DNA of 64,000 nucleotides, from the NCBI GenBank assembly GCA_964349395.1, contig CAYGGA010000001.1:811-64810 (forward strand), in the 5' to 3' direction. The notes under the pieces are model-generated. The model did no database searches. It saw only the letters and a list, made by a program, of their open reading frames with translations, and was not told the DNA's origin. Source of the DNA: an uncultured Gammaproteobacteria bacterium. Its GTDB lineage: Bacteria; Patescibacteriota; Microgenomatia; Woykebacterales; RBG-16-39-9b. Below, piece after piece: positions 1 through 10,136 of this stretch (within the stretch, counting starts at the first letter, position 1; the number at the start of each line of letters is the position of its first letter). The position numbers and the translations under genes are program-made.

Positions 1-372
1 AAGAAATTTCGAGCACATTTAAAAGAGGCCGTGCTTACAAGGGGGCTAGATAGCTGTCTTTTTCTTTATCCGATCTCTGAATGGAAGAAAATTACCGCCA
101 AGATTGGTACGCTCCCCCTCACCCAAAAAGAAGCCCGCAGCTTTAGCCGCTATTTTTTATCCGGGGCAACCGAAACTGCATTTGATAGTTTGGGCCGGGT
201 GCTTTTACCTCAATTTTTGAAAGATTACGCACAGATTAAAAGCGAAGTAACGATCGTCGGTGTTGGGGAACGGGTGGAGATTTGGGACACAGGATTGTGG
301 TTTGCCTACCGCACCGAGACTGAGAAAAACTCCGAGGAGATTGCTGAGAAACTGAGCAGTGCCGGCATATGA
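1..372 (+). CDS. mraZ: Transcriptional regulator MraZ (5'-truncated at window edge)
   Basis: Frame is open from nt 1. MraZ-like segments LTRGLDSCLFLYP and DSLGRVLLP present. Sits directly upstream of rsmH, as in dcw clusters. Confidence 0.6.
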   Translation, partial: KKFRAHLKEAVLTRGLDSCLFLYPISEWKKITAKIGTLPLTQKEARSFSRYFLSGATETAFDSLGRVLLPQFLKDYAQIKSEVTIVGVGERVEIWDTGLWFAYRTETEKNSEEIAEKLSSAGI

Positions 373-1244
373 GTAACGATTTCCATACTAGTGTACTTTT
401 ACAAGAAGTTTTAGCTTTTTTAGATATTAAACCCAGCCAGAAATACCTTGATGCTACTTTAGGAGGTGGAGGACATACTCGCGAAATCTTAAAGTTGGGG
501 GGAAAGGTTTTGGGGATAGATCAAGATCCAGAAGCCTTAGATTTTGTTAGAGAAAGCTTTACTGATTCCAATTTAACCTTGGTTCAGGGGAGTTTTGAAC
601 ATCTTTTTGACATTGCCACGCAGAACGGTTTTGACGGTTGTGATGGGATCTTGTTTGACCTTGGAGTTTCTAGTCATCAGTTGGAGAGTGGTGGGAGGGG
701 ATTTAGTTTTCGCAAAGACTCTCCTCTAGACATGAGAATGAATCCAGACTTAGGGGTAAGAGCCCAGGATCTGATTGCTGCCTTAACGCAGAAAGAGCTG
801 GAAGAACTTTTTACAAAATATGGGGAAGAGAGCTGGGCCAAAAAAATAGCCCGCAACATAGTTGAGCACCGCCTGCACACCCCAATTGAGACCACCACGC
901 AGTTAGCTCAATTGATTGAACAAACGGTTGGTTTCAATCCCAAGAGCCATATACATCCGGCAACGCGGGTCTTTCAGGCTTTGAGAATTGCGGTCAATGA
1001 TGAGATCAACTCTCTAAAAGCGGCCCTGCCTCAAGCCCTAGAGATTCTAAAAAATGAGGGTACGATAGTGGTAATTAGTTTTCATTCCTTGGAAGACCGA
1101 GTCGTGAAAAATTTCTTTAAGGAAGAGGAAAATATTGGTCGGGTGCAAATCCTAACTGAAAAGCCCTTGGAACCTAGTGAGGAAGAAATTCAGAGAAATC
1201 CAAGAAGTAGAAGTGCCAAATTGAGAGCCGCCAGAAAACTATGA
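369..1244 (+). CDS. rsmH: 16S rRNA (cytosine1402-N4)-methyltransferase RsmH/MraW
   Basis: SAM-binding DATLGGGGHT motif, GVSSHQLE and FHSLEDR motifs typical of RsmH. ATGA overlap with mraZ. Confidence 0.9.
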   Translation: MSNDFHTSVLLQEVLAFLDIKPSQKYLDATLGGGGHTREILKLGGKVLGIDQDPEALDFVRESFTDSNLTLVQGSFEHLFDIATQNGFDGCDGILFDLGVSSHQLESGGRGFSFRKDSPLDMRMNPDLGVRAQDLIAALTQKELEELFTKYGEESWAKKIARNIVEHRLHTPIETTTQLAQLIEQTVGFNPKSHIHPATRVFQALRIAVNDEINSLKAALPQALEILKNEGTIVVISFHSLEDRVVKNFFKEEENIGRVQILTEKPLEPSEEEIQRNPRSRSAKLRAARKL

Positions 1245-1576
1245 CAAACTACAATCACAAACCAAGAAGAGAAGTAAACTTACCAAAAATATTGAAGTTT
1301 AACCATCTGACCTTAAAAGGTGTAGTGGTAATTTTAGTGGTTCTATCGTTAATACAACTTTATATTTCCAACAATTTTGTCACTGATGGCGAGAAAATTA
1401 AGAAAGCTATCACTGAGGCGGAGGTTTTAGAAGAAGAAAACTCCAACCTTATCAATCAAATCCAACAACTCAGCTCTTTTTCTTACATTGAGAAACAAGC
1501 ATACAGCGCTGGTTTCTCCAAAATTGAAAAAATAGAATATTTGGACAAAACCACGATTATTGCTAGTAATGACTAA
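1241..1576 (+). CDS. FtsL-like small cell-division protein (one TM segment plus coiled coil)
   Basis: 111 aa; hydrophobic segment VVVILVVLSLIQLYI followed by heptad-like EAEVLEEENSNLINQIQQL. Canonical ftsL position between rsmH and ftsI. Confidence 0.45.
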   Translation: MTNYNHKPRREVNLPKILKFNHLTLKGVVVILVVLSLIQLYISNNFVTDGEKIKKAITEAEVLEEENSNLINQIQQLSSFSYIEKQAYSAGFSKIEKIEYLDKTTIIASND

Positions 1577-3320
1577 GAACAGATTAAAGTTCTTACAGTT
1601 CTTCTTTATTGTTTTTACCACTGCCTTACTGCTGCGACTCTTTTACTGGCAAGTCCTTCAGTCCGACCAGTTCTCCGCTCAAGCTGAATCCCAACACTTC
1701 AATGTTTATGAAATCCCTGGTGCACGTGGTGAAATCAAAACCAGTGATTCCTATGCTCTGGTAGCCAACCAACCTACCTACACGATTTATGCATCTAGCA
1801 AAGAGTTGGAAAAATCACCTGATGAGATAACCGCTTTGCTCACTCCACTTTTTTTTTCATATGACAAAGAAGAAAAAATCACTTCGTTAGATCCTGTGGA
1901 AGAAGACCTTCTTAAAGAAAAAATAAAAGATGATTTGAAGGCAAATTTAAGCAATGAAAAGCTCATTTGGGTCGCCTTGAAAAAAAGAGTAAAAGGTAAA
2001 CTCATGGAAGAGGTAAAAAAACTAGATTTGAAAGGTATTGGTTTTCAGGCGACACAAGATCGTTATTATCCAGAAGGTAGTCTAGCGGCACAGCTCTTGG
2101 GTTTTGTAGGTAGTGATAGCACCGGAGGTGATCAAGGATACTTTGGATTAGAAGGATTCTACAACGCTGAGCTGCGCGCACGTGCGGGAAGGTTTAAAGA
2201 AGAGGTAGACTCCTTTGGTCGCCCCATACTAGTGGGTAGAAAAGTTGGGGTTGAGAGTGAAAATGGACGTAGTTTACTGACTACAATTGACCGCACGGTC
2301 CAATATATTGTTGAAAAAAAACTTGCGGAGGGAATGAAAAAATATGGCACCAAATCAGCCTCGGCTTTGGTGATGGATCCTAAAACCGGGGCGATTTTAG
2401 CCGCCGCACACTTGCCAGCTTACGATCCAGCTAGATTCAGTCAGTATGAAGATAAACTTTATAAAAATCCCATCGTTGGTGATTTGTATGAACCAGGGTC
2501 AACTTTTAAAGTCATTACGATGGCGGCCGCTCTAAATGAGAGCAAAATAACTCCCGAGACTCGGTGCAGCTGTGAAGGGCCGATCAATATCGGTGGTTAC
2601 TCCATCAAAACTTGGAATAACAAGTATTTCCCCAACACGACGATGACAGAGGTTTTGCAGCACTCCGACAATATTGGGGCAGCCTATGCCGCTTCCCAAA
2701 TTGGGAAGGAGAAGTTTGCCGAATATGTTAAAAACTTCGGTTTTGGCGAAGTCACCGGTATTGATCTGGAGGAGGAAGCTTCTGGTCTGGTTAAAAGCTC
2801 GCAAGATTCTCAACCAATTGATCTTGTTACCAATGCCTTCGGGCAGGGAATTGGGGTCACCATGGTTCAGGTCGTCCAAGCAGTCGGGGCGGTTGCCAAC
2901 GAGGGGAAAATGATGAAGCCGTACATTGTGAGCGAAATTCAGGGAGAGAACTCAAAGGTAGAAATCAAACCCCAAGAAGTTAGGCAAGTTATCAAGAAAG
3001 AAACTGCTCTCAAGCTGACGGAGATGTTAATCAAGGCGGTGGAAGAAGGAGAAGCCAGGCGGATCATTCCCCATGGTTACCGAGTGGCGGGGAAGACTGG
3101 AACCGCATCTGTTCCGATTGATGGTCATTACAGCGCCAGTAAGACGGTCCCTTCTTTTGTGGGATTTGGACCATCCGATGAGCCCAAATTTGTCATGTTG
3201 GTGCGCTATACAGAGCCCTCAGCTCCTTTCCAGTATGGTAGTGAAACTGCCGCCCCGACCTTTTTTGAGATTACTAAAGAACTGTTTAATTATTACGGAA
3301 TTGCTCCTGATACCCAATAG
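1560..3320 (+). CDS. ftsI: Penicillin-binding protein 2B/FtsI (peptidoglycan D,D-transpeptidase)
   Basis: N-terminal TM; SXXK (STFK), SXN (SDN) and KTG (KTGT) transpeptidase motifs. dcw position. Confidence 0.85.
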   Translation: MLVMTKNRLKFLQFFFIVFTTALLLRLFYWQVLQSDQFSAQAESQHFNVYEIPGARGEIKTSDSYALVANQPTYTIYASSKELEKSPDEITALLTPLFFSYDKEEKITSLDPVEEDLLKEKIKDDLKANLSNEKLIWVALKKRVKGKLMEEVKKLDLKGIGFQATQDRYYPEGSLAAQLLGFVGSDSTGGDQGYFGLEGFYNAELRARAGRFKEEVDSFGRPILVGRKVGVESENGRSLLTTIDRTVQYIVEKKLAEGMKKYGTKSASALVMDPKTGAILAAAHLPAYDPARFSQYEDKLYKNPIVGDLYEPGSTFKVITMAAALNESKITPETRCSCEGPINIGGYSIKTWNNKYFPNTTMTEVLQHSDNIGAAYAASQIGKEKFAEYVKNFGFGEVTGIDLEEEASGLVKSSQDSQPIDLVTNAFGQGIGVTMVQVVQAVGAVANEGKMMKPYIVSEIQGENSKVEIKPQEVRQVIKKETALKLTEMLIKAVEEGEARRIIPHGYRVAGKTGTASVPIDGHYSASKTVPSFVGFGPSDEPKFVMLVRYTEPSAPFQYGSETAAPTFFEITKELFNYYGIAPDTQ

Positions 3321-3438
3321 AAACTTCGTCCACTTCGGCGCTACGCTAATGAAGAAAAACGTTGCTTACTTCCGCGGAGCTACGCTCTTTATAGGTTTCT
3401 TGCTTGGTTCCAGGTTCAATTTGTGGTAAAATTCACGC

Positions 3439-4707
3439 ATGCTGACTCCTCTAAAAAGGATCATTCCACGCCCGCTGACAAATAATTATCACCATCTTTT
3501 ATCCACCCTTGCTTCCACTTTGTACTCGCATCCGGAAAGACAACTTAAAATTATTGGGGTGACAGGGACAGATGGCAAAACCACCACGGTTAATTTGGTT
3601 TATCACCTTCTAAAAACCGCGGGTTTTAAAGTGGGTTTAATCTCCACGGTCAAAGCCGTAGTGGGGGAAAAAGAATACGATACTGGTTTTCATGTTACCA
3701 CCCCCAGCCCTTGGGAAGTGAAGAAATATTTAAAAAGAATGGTTGAATCAGGGACAGAGTGGGCAGTAGTGGAAGTAACTTCACATGCGCTGGATCAAAA
3801 TCGCGTATCTGGGATTAAATTTGAGTATGGCATTATCACTAACATTGCTCATGAACATCTTGATTATCACAAGTCATTTCAAAAGTACGTAATGGCAAAG
3901 GCCAAACTGATTAAAAGTGCTAAAGTAGCAATCTTAAACAAAGATGATTCTAATTTTGATTTCCTTAGCTACCAAGTTAAAGGAAGAGTTATTAGTTTTG
4001 GAATCAAAAAACAGGCTGATGTAACTGCTAGCAATATCTCTCTTGCTCCATTTGGGACGAGATTTAATCTGAACAAAGAGAAAACCACTGTCAGGACACC
4101 ACTGATTGGTGCCTTTAATGTCTCCAACTGTCTAGCTGCCATTGCGGTAGCCCAAGATATCGGGATTGAAAACTCAATTATCCTTAAAGGATTAAAAACT
4201 TTCCCACCTTTACAGGGCAGAATGCAGAGAATTGAGCAAGGTCAGAATTTTACTGTTATTGTCGATTTTGCTCACACTCCCCAAGCCCTGGAAGAAGCTC
4301 TAAAAACTCTCCGGCTGTTGACTCGTCATCATTTAATTGCCATTTTTGGTGCCGCTTCACAAAGGGACGTAGAAAAAAGACCCATGATGGGAAAAATCGC
4401 TATTCGGGGTGCTGATTTGGTAGTCTTAACTAGTGAAGATCCGCGTTATGAAGACCCAAACAAAATTATGACTGAAATTGCTTCGGGGATAGTGAAAAAT
4501 GGTGGGGTGCTAAACACCAATTTTTGGATGATTGGGGATAGGGGTAAGGCGATCAGTTTTGCCATTCAGAAATTAGCAAGAACCGGCGATGTCGTTGCTA
4601 TCTTTGGTAAAGGGCATGAAAAGAGCATGAATATCAGGGGCACAGAAATTCCTTGGAGTGACCAAGAAGTAGTAGTCAATAGTATCCGAGGTAGGAAAAC
4701 AATATGA
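3439..4707 (+). CDS. murE: UDP-N-acetylmuramoyl-L-alanyl-D-glutamate--diamino acid ligase (MurE)
   Basis: Mur ligase P-loop GVTGTDGKTTT and the DFAHTP motif. Follows ftsI. Confidence 0.75.
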   Translation: MLTPLKRIIPRPLTNNYHHLLSTLASTLYSHPERQLKIIGVTGTDGKTTTVNLVYHLLKTAGFKVGLISTVKAVVGEKEYDTGFHVTTPSPWEVKKYLKRMVESGTEWAVVEVTSHALDQNRVSGIKFEYGIITNIAHEHLDYHKSFQKYVMAKAKLIKSAKVAILNKDDSNFDFLSYQVKGRVISFGIKKQADVTASNISLAPFGTRFNLNKEKTTVRTPLIGAFNVSNCLAAIAVAQDIGIENSIILKGLKTFPPLQGRMQRIEQGQNFTVIVDFAHTPQALEEALKTLRLLTRHHLIAIFGAASQRDVEKRPMMGKIAIRGADLVVLTSEDPRYEDPNKIMTEIASGIVKNGGVLNTNFWMIGDRGKAISFAIQKLARTGDVVAIFGKGHEKSMNIRGTEIPWSDQEVVVNSIRGRKTI

Positions 4708-5978
4708 AAAAGATTCATTTGATGGGAATTGGTGGTAGTGGTGCCTCCGCAGCAGCAGCGATTGCTCAGGCCCATGGGTACGGTGTATCAGGGTGCGATT
4801 TAGACCCCAAAAGTATTTACTTGGACGAGCTAAAAAATATTAAGATTTTTTATGACCACTCCTCTGCTCATTTGCGGGGTGCAGATTTGCTAATCCTTTC
4901 CCCAGCTATAGAGAGTCTAGATAAAGATAACCCTGAAGTAACAACAGCTCGAGAAAGTGGTATCCCAATCATGACTTGGCAAGAGTTTGTCGGAACACAG
5001 TTAATGAAAAACCAAAAGGTAATTGCGGTAACTGGGACTCATGGGAAAACCACCACTACCACAATGATAAGTTTGATTTTGGAAAAAGCCGGTCTGGATC
5101 CTACGGTCATTGTAGGTGCTCCAGTAAGGGAGTGGCAGAAAAACTACCGGGTGGGTAGTGGGAATATATTTGTAATTGAAGCTGATGAATATGGAGATAA
5201 TTTTCTTAACTATCCCGCTGATATTGCGGTCGTTACCAATATGGAGATGGACCATCCTGAGTATTACCGAGATTTTGATCATCTGAAAGCTAGTTTCCAA
5301 AAGTTTGTTTTGAATATGAAGGAAAAATCCACTTTATTTACTACTGACAGTCTAGATCTAACCAACCATCAAGGGGAAACCATTAAAATCACACCGATGA
5401 AGTTTGAGCTCCAAGTTTTAGGTAATTTTAATCAGGTAAATGCTACTTTTGCGTACCTTGTCACGAAATATTTAGGAGTAGATGAGGATAAGATTCTTGA
5501 GACTCTTCGTAATTTTCCGGGAGCAGGTAGAAGGCTTGAACTGATTGGGCAGAAGGGTAGTATCAAAGTCTATGATGATTATGGTCACCATCCCACCGAG
5601 ATTACCACTACTACCCAAGCAGTGAGGGAAAAATATCCAGAAAGTGAAATTTGGCTCATCTATCAGCCCCACATGTACACCCGGACCAAGTATCTATTCA
5701 AAGATTTTGTCAACGCTCTGAGAAATTGCCCGGTAGATCAAGTAATTTTGACAGAGATTTGGCAGTCGCGTGAGAAAAATGACTATAGCGTAACTAGCCA
5801 GCAATTAGTCGATGCAATTGCTAAATCTAGTGTGCGTAAAATGTCGAAATACGTTGATATAGCAATATATATGCACTCTAGAATGAAAGCCGATAGCATC
5901 GCCTTATTTATGGGTGCTGGGGATATTTACCTAGCAAGCAGAGAATTATTAAAAGAGTTGAAAGGTAAAAGTGACTAA
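4704..5978 (+). CDS. murC: UDP-N-acetylmuramate--L-alanine ligase (MurC)
   Basis: N-terminal HLMGIGGSGASAAA Rossmann motif typical of MurC; P-loop VTGTHGKTTTT; DDYGHHP motif. Confidence 0.85.
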   Translation: MKKIHLMGIGGSGASAAAAIAQAHGYGVSGCDLDPKSIYLDELKNIKIFYDHSSAHLRGADLLILSPAIESLDKDNPEVTTARESGIPIMTWQEFVGTQLMKNQKVIAVTGTHGKTTTTTMISLILEKAGLDPTVIVGAPVREWQKNYRVGSGNIFVIEADEYGDNFLNYPADIAVVTNMEMDHPEYYRDFDHLKASFQKFVLNMKEKSTLFTTDSLDLTNHQGETIKITPMKFELQVLGNFNQVNATFAYLVTKYLGVDEDKILETLRNFPGAGRRLELIGQKGSIKVYDDYGHHPTEITTTTQAVREKYPESEIWLIYQPHMYTRTKYLFKDFVNALRNCPVDQVILTEIWQSREKNDYSVTSQQLVDAIAKSSVRKMSKYVDIAIYMHSRMKADSIALFMGAGDIYLASRELLKELKGKSD

Positions 5979-6876
5979 AGAAGAAAAGTTCGTTAATAAA
6001 TTAGGCCCGGGCAAAGTACTTTTGAATGAAAAGTTGGCCAAATATACTTATATGAAGGTTGGGGGCCCGGCCGATTTATTAGTATTAGCCAGTTCTTCAC
6101 ATGAACTTATTGAAGCTGTTAGTGTGGCTCAGAGTCTTGGAATTGGTGTGACGATTCTGGGCAACAGCGCCAACGTCTTGGTCGCAGACAAAGGGATAAG
6201 AGGACTCACTATTTTGAATAATTCCAAAAATTACAAATTTTTACCCCACGATTATCTCGAAGCAGATAGCGGGGTGAGTGTAGTGGAACTTATCAACCAA
6301 GCCAGCAAACGAAAATTGACCGGGTTTGAAAGAATGATGAAAGTACCGGCGACTGTGGGTGGGGCGATTTTTATGAATGCTGGGGACACAAATAAAGGCG
6401 AGTTTTTTGGTGATTTAGTGCGCAGTGTCCGCGTCTTAACCCCTCTGGGGCAAATAAAGAATATCCCACAAGAAGATTGCGGTTTTAGCTATCGCACTAG
6501 CCGTTTTCAAACTAGTGGAGAGGTGATTCTAAGCGCCGTTCTGCAGCTTAGGAGCGTCGCCAAAGAAGACATTGAGGAAAAAGTTCGCGATATACTGGTG
6601 CGCAAGGTCAACCAACCCGCAGGCCCTTCAGTTGGGTCAACCTTTAGAAATCCAGAAGGACACTTTGCGGGAGAACTTTTGGAGAAGGCTGGGGTAAAAG
6701 GAATTGTCTTGGGTGGGGCTAAAGTGAGCGAGAAACACGCAAACTTTATTCTAAATCTTGGGAATGCCAGCGCCAGTAATATACGTGACCTAATTATGTT
6801 AATGAAAAGAAAAGTTAAAGAAACTAGCCGCGTTGAGTTGGAAGAGGAAGTTCGCTATGTGGGAGAGTGGGACTAG
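5971..6876 (+). CDS. murB: UDP-N-acetylenolpyruvoylglucosamine reductase (MurB)
   Basis: FAD-binding type MurB N-terminus (YTYMKVGGPADLL) and a C-terminal MurB domain. Confidence 0.85.
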   Translation: MTKEEKFVNKLGPGKVLLNEKLAKYTYMKVGGPADLLVLASSSHELIEAVSVAQSLGIGVTILGNSANVLVADKGIRGLTILNNSKNYKFLPHDYLEADSGVSVVELINQASKRKLTGFERMMKVPATVGGAIFMNAGDTNKGEFFGDLVRSVRVLTPLGQIKNIPQEDCGFSYRTSRFQTSGEVILSAVLQLRSVAKEDIEEKVRDILVRKVNQPAGPSVGSTFRNPEGHFAGELLEKAGVKGIVLGGAKVSEKHANFILNLGNASASNIRDLIMLMKRKVKETSRVELEEEVRYVGEWD

Positions 6877-8186
6877 TGAGTCGGCTTAAAATTCAAGGAG
6901 GGCACCCACTTAGGGGGGAAATATCTGTTTTAGGAGCCAAAAATGTTGGTTTTAAACTGATGATTGCGGCTCTTTTAGGTAGTGGAACTTCTGTAATCCA
7001 TAATGTTCCTCAAGTAGCTGATGTTTATTTAGTCAGAGATATTATTGAAGCTTTGGGTGGTGAGGTAACTATCGCGGGGCATACTGTCACGATCAATCCA
7101 ACCGGCATAAAGCACAACTCAATTCCAATGAGACTTGGGGAAAAAGCCAGAGCGAGTAGTATGTTGATTCCGATTTTACTACATTATTTTGGTGAGGGCG
7201 TCGTCCCCTATCCTGGAGGAGACAAAATTGGTAGGCGACCTATTGACCGACACTTAAAAGGTCTCGAAAGATTGGGGGCGGTTTTTCAGCTAGAAGACCA
7301 TCAATTGCGTGCCAAAGGCAAACTCCATGGCAGCACTTTTAAATTCAATAAAATCACTCACACTGGGACTGAAACTTTGATTTTGGGAGCAGTAGTAGCA
7401 ACTGGAGAAACTTTTCTGGAAAACTGTGCTTTAGAACCAGAAGTAGATGATTTAATTCATTTCTTGAGCAAGATGGGGGCAAAAATTGAGAGACAGGGAG
7501 GGGTGATTCATGTTTATGGGGCAGTTGAACTCTACGGTGCGGAATACACGGTTATGCCAGATCGAAATGAAGTAGTGACCTTTGCTTGTATGGCCCTGGC
7601 TACTCGTGGGGATGTGACCATCCAACATATAAACAATGATCACATCGAAGCTTTTTTGGACCGCTTGGATAAAATTGGTGCCTCTTACGATCAGTCTGCG
7701 GATAGTTTGCGAGTTTACTGGGAGAGGCCCCTTTCGGCAACGACAGTCATTACCCGCCCTCATCCTGGCTTTATGACTGATTGGCAACCAATCTGGACAG
7801 CGCTGATGACTCAAGCTGAGGGTCAGAGTGTCATTCATGAGACAGTATTTGAGCATCGGTTCCACTATGTTCCTCTGCTAAATAGTCTTGGAGCTAGAAT
7901 TGAAATTTTTAACCACAGCGTCCCAAATCCAGAAGAATTCTATAATTTCAACTTGTCTGATGACAAAGAGGAATATTTTCATGCGGCTCGTGTTTTTGGA
8001 CCTACCAAATTCAAAGGTGGGGAGGTTTCAGTCCCGGATATTCGTGCTGGTGCTACTTTGACCTTAGCCGCATTGGCGGCTGAGGCAGGTACCATTTTGA
8101 CAGATATTGATCATATTGAAAGAGGGTATGAGAAGCTTGAAGATAGACTAAAAGGTTTAGGAGCTAATATTACCAAGGATGAATAA
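6867..8186 (+). CDS. murA: UDP-N-acetylglucosamine 1-carboxyvinyltransferase (MurA)
   Basis: EPSP-synthase-like fold; N-terminus LKIQGGHPLRGEISVLGAKN typical of MurA. GTG start overlapping the murB stop. Confidence 0.85.
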   Translation: MGLVSRLKIQGGHPLRGEISVLGAKNVGFKLMIAALLGSGTSVIHNVPQVADVYLVRDIIEALGGEVTIAGHTVTINPTGIKHNSIPMRLGEKARASSMLIPILLHYFGEGVVPYPGGDKIGRRPIDRHLKGLERLGAVFQLEDHQLRAKGKLHGSTFKFNKITHTGTETLILGAVVATGETFLENCALEPEVDDLIHFLSKMGAKIERQGGVIHVYGAVELYGAEYTVMPDRNEVVTFACMALATRGDVTIQHINNDHIEAFLDRLDKIGASYDQSADSLRVYWERPLSATTVITRPHPGFMTDWQPIWTALMTQAEGQSVIHETVFEHRFHYVPLLNSLGARIEIFNHSVPNPEEFYNFNLSDDKEEYFHAARVFGPTKFKGGEVSVPDIRAGATLTLAALAAEAGTILTDIDHIERGYEKLEDRLKGLGANITKDE

Positions 8187-9453
8187 TCTTAAGAGATCCT
8201 TGTATTTTCCAGTAGCCTTTTATTTCCGGTTCTTTGCGATGATAATGATGTGGCGCTGGAAGCCCAGAATCATTGTAGTCACTGGGTCAAGTGGTAAGAC
8301 AACGCTTCTGAATCTGATTGCCTCTCAACTGGGTAATGATGCTAAGTATTCCCACCACGCCAATAGCAATTTTGGTATCCCATTCAATATTTTGGGGTTA
8401 GACAGAAAAACTATGCTCCTTTCGGAGTGGCCCCGTCTTTTTCTAAGAGCACCGCTGCACGCTTTTAAAAAACCTCCACAGGAAAAATTGTACATTGTAG
8501 AAGCAGATTGTGATCGTCCAGGTGAAGATAAATTTATTAGCAGTTTAAGTAGTTTTTTGAAACCAGAGGTGACTCTGTGGGTGAGCACTGGTCGGACTCA
8601 TACCATGAATTTCGATCACCTAGTCAGAGAGGGAAAATTCCCGACAGTAGAAGAAGCAATTGCCTATGAATTTGGGCATTTTGTCAAACGTACGACTAAA
8701 CTTGTGATTGTAAATGGTGACTCAGAACTTATTAGAACTCAGTTAAGAAATACCAAGGCTTCCGTAATCCCGATTTATGCAAAAGATCTGACAAGTTACC
8801 AAGTAAGTGAAAATGGTACCCAGTTTAAGTTTGGTAATCGGATTGTGAAATTGAAAGCTTTACTACCGCCAAGTGCTTACTACTCCATTAGAATGACTTT
8901 GGAGCTTTTAAACTACTTAGGAATAGAGGCAAGAAGTTTTGAGAATTTTGCGTCACCCCCGGGTCGAAGTTCGGTTTTCGATGGGATTAAAAATACCACT
9001 TTGATTGATAGTAGTTATAATGCCAATCTTGGATCGATGACTACTATTTTGGAAATGTATACCCTATTTCCCAAAAAACCAAAATGGGCAGTGATCGGTG
9101 ATATGCTGGAGTTAGGAGCAGAAGAGGAAATCGAGCATGAAAAGTTGGCCAAATTAATAGCTGCGGTCGATTTAGAACGCTTAGTTTTAATGGGAACAAG
9201 AGTTGGTCAGTACACATATCCGGTGCTAAAAGAGCTAGTGGGGGACAAATTTCCAATTGTAGCTTTTGACAACCCAACCCAGACTTTAGCCTATCTTAAG
9301 CAAGAAATAAAAGGTGGGGAAACCATTTTGTTTAAAGGAGCCAGATTTTTGGAAGGGGTTATTGAAAATTTATTGAAAGATGCGAGTGAGAAAAAAGATT
9401 TAGCGAGGCGTGAGGAAATTTGGGAGAAAAGGCGTAAACAATGGGGACTGTAA
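8179..9453 (+). CDS. murF: UDP-N-acetylmuramoyl-tripeptide--D-alanyl-D-alanine ligase (MurF, lacking an N-terminal domain)
   Basis: P-loop VVTGSSGKTT; MurF-type IDSSYNAN and GDMLELG motifs. Confidence 0.75.
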   Translation: MNNLKRSLYFPVAFYFRFFAMIMMWRWKPRIIVVTGSSGKTTLLNLIASQLGNDAKYSHHANSNFGIPFNILGLDRKTMLLSEWPRLFLRAPLHAFKKPPQEKLYIVEADCDRPGEDKFISSLSSFLKPEVTLWVSTGRTHTMNFDHLVREGKFPTVEEAIAYEFGHFVKRTTKLVIVNGDSELIRTQLRNTKASVIPIYAKDLTSYQVSENGTQFKFGNRIVKLKALLPPSAYYSIRMTLELLNYLGIEARSFENFASPPGRSSVFDGIKNTTLIDSSYNANLGSMTTILEMYTLFPKKPKWAVIGDMLELGAEEEIEHEKLAKLIAAVDLERLVLMGTRVGQYTYPVLKELVGDKFPIVAFDNPTQTLAYLKQEIKGGETILFKGARFLEGVIENLLKDASEKKDLARREEIWEKRRKQWGL

Positions 9454-10136
9454 ATAAGATTTACTTGCTGCATGGTTGGTCAGACTCCACCCAAAAGTGG
9501 GGGACCTTAGTTAATTTACTAGAAAAAAGAGGGTTTAAAGTGCACTTGCCCAGAATTCCAGGATTAACTGAACCGTTAAAAGAAGAGTGGAAGCTAGAGG
9601 ACTATGTCAGTTGGTTAAAAAACCTCTTAGAAAATGAGAATAAAGTAATTTTAGTGGGACACTCCAATGGGGGAAGAATTAGCTTAGCCTTCAGTTTAAA
9701 ATATCCAGAAAAAGTAGAGCATCTAGTTTTGATTGATAGTGCTGGAGTCTATCATAATCATCGGGGTTTGCGTTTCAAGAGATTTTTGTTTAAAACCTTA
9801 GCTTTTGCTGGGAAAAAAATCACTAGATCAGAAAGATTGAGAAATGTACTTTACAAATTAGCTCGGGAAAAAGATTATCAACAAGCTGATCCAATTTTGA
9901 GAAAAACACTTACCAATTTGATTAAAATTGACTTAGTTCCACACCTTACCAACCTGAAGGTGGCAACTTTAATTATTTGGGGAGAAAATGATAAAGCCAC
10001 TCCATTGCAAGATGGACTTTTGATGCACCAAAAAATAACCAATTCAGTCCTTAAAATTATCCCGGAAGCTAGGCACTCACCCCAATTTACTCATCCAGAT
10101 ACAGTGGCAAAGCTAATTGCGGAAGGAGTAAAATAG
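9441..10136 (+). CDS. Alpha/beta-fold hydrolase
   Basis: GHSNGG nucleophile elbow (GxSxG); size and pattern of the alpha/beta hydrolase family. Embedded in the dcw cluster. Confidence 0.65.
   Translation: MGTVNKIYLLHGWSDSTQKWGTLVNLLEKRGFKVHLPRIPGLTEPLKEEWKLEDYVSWLKNLLENENKVILVGHSNGGRISLAFSLKYPEKVEHLVLIDSAGVYHNHRGLRFKRFLFKTLAFAGKKITRSERLRNVLYKLAREKDYQQADPILRKTLTNLIKIDLVPHLTNLKVATLIIWGENDKATPLQDGLLMHQKITNSVLKIIPEARHSPQFTHPDTVAKLIAEGVK

Noticed and set aside
677-898. 73-aa antisense ORF inside rsmH; similarly 1427-1621, 1787-2005, 2159-2353 and 2532-2879 inside ftsL/ftsI
   Set aside because: Entirely embedded antisense or out of frame within well-supported conserved genes. No motifs. Typical spurious ORFs.
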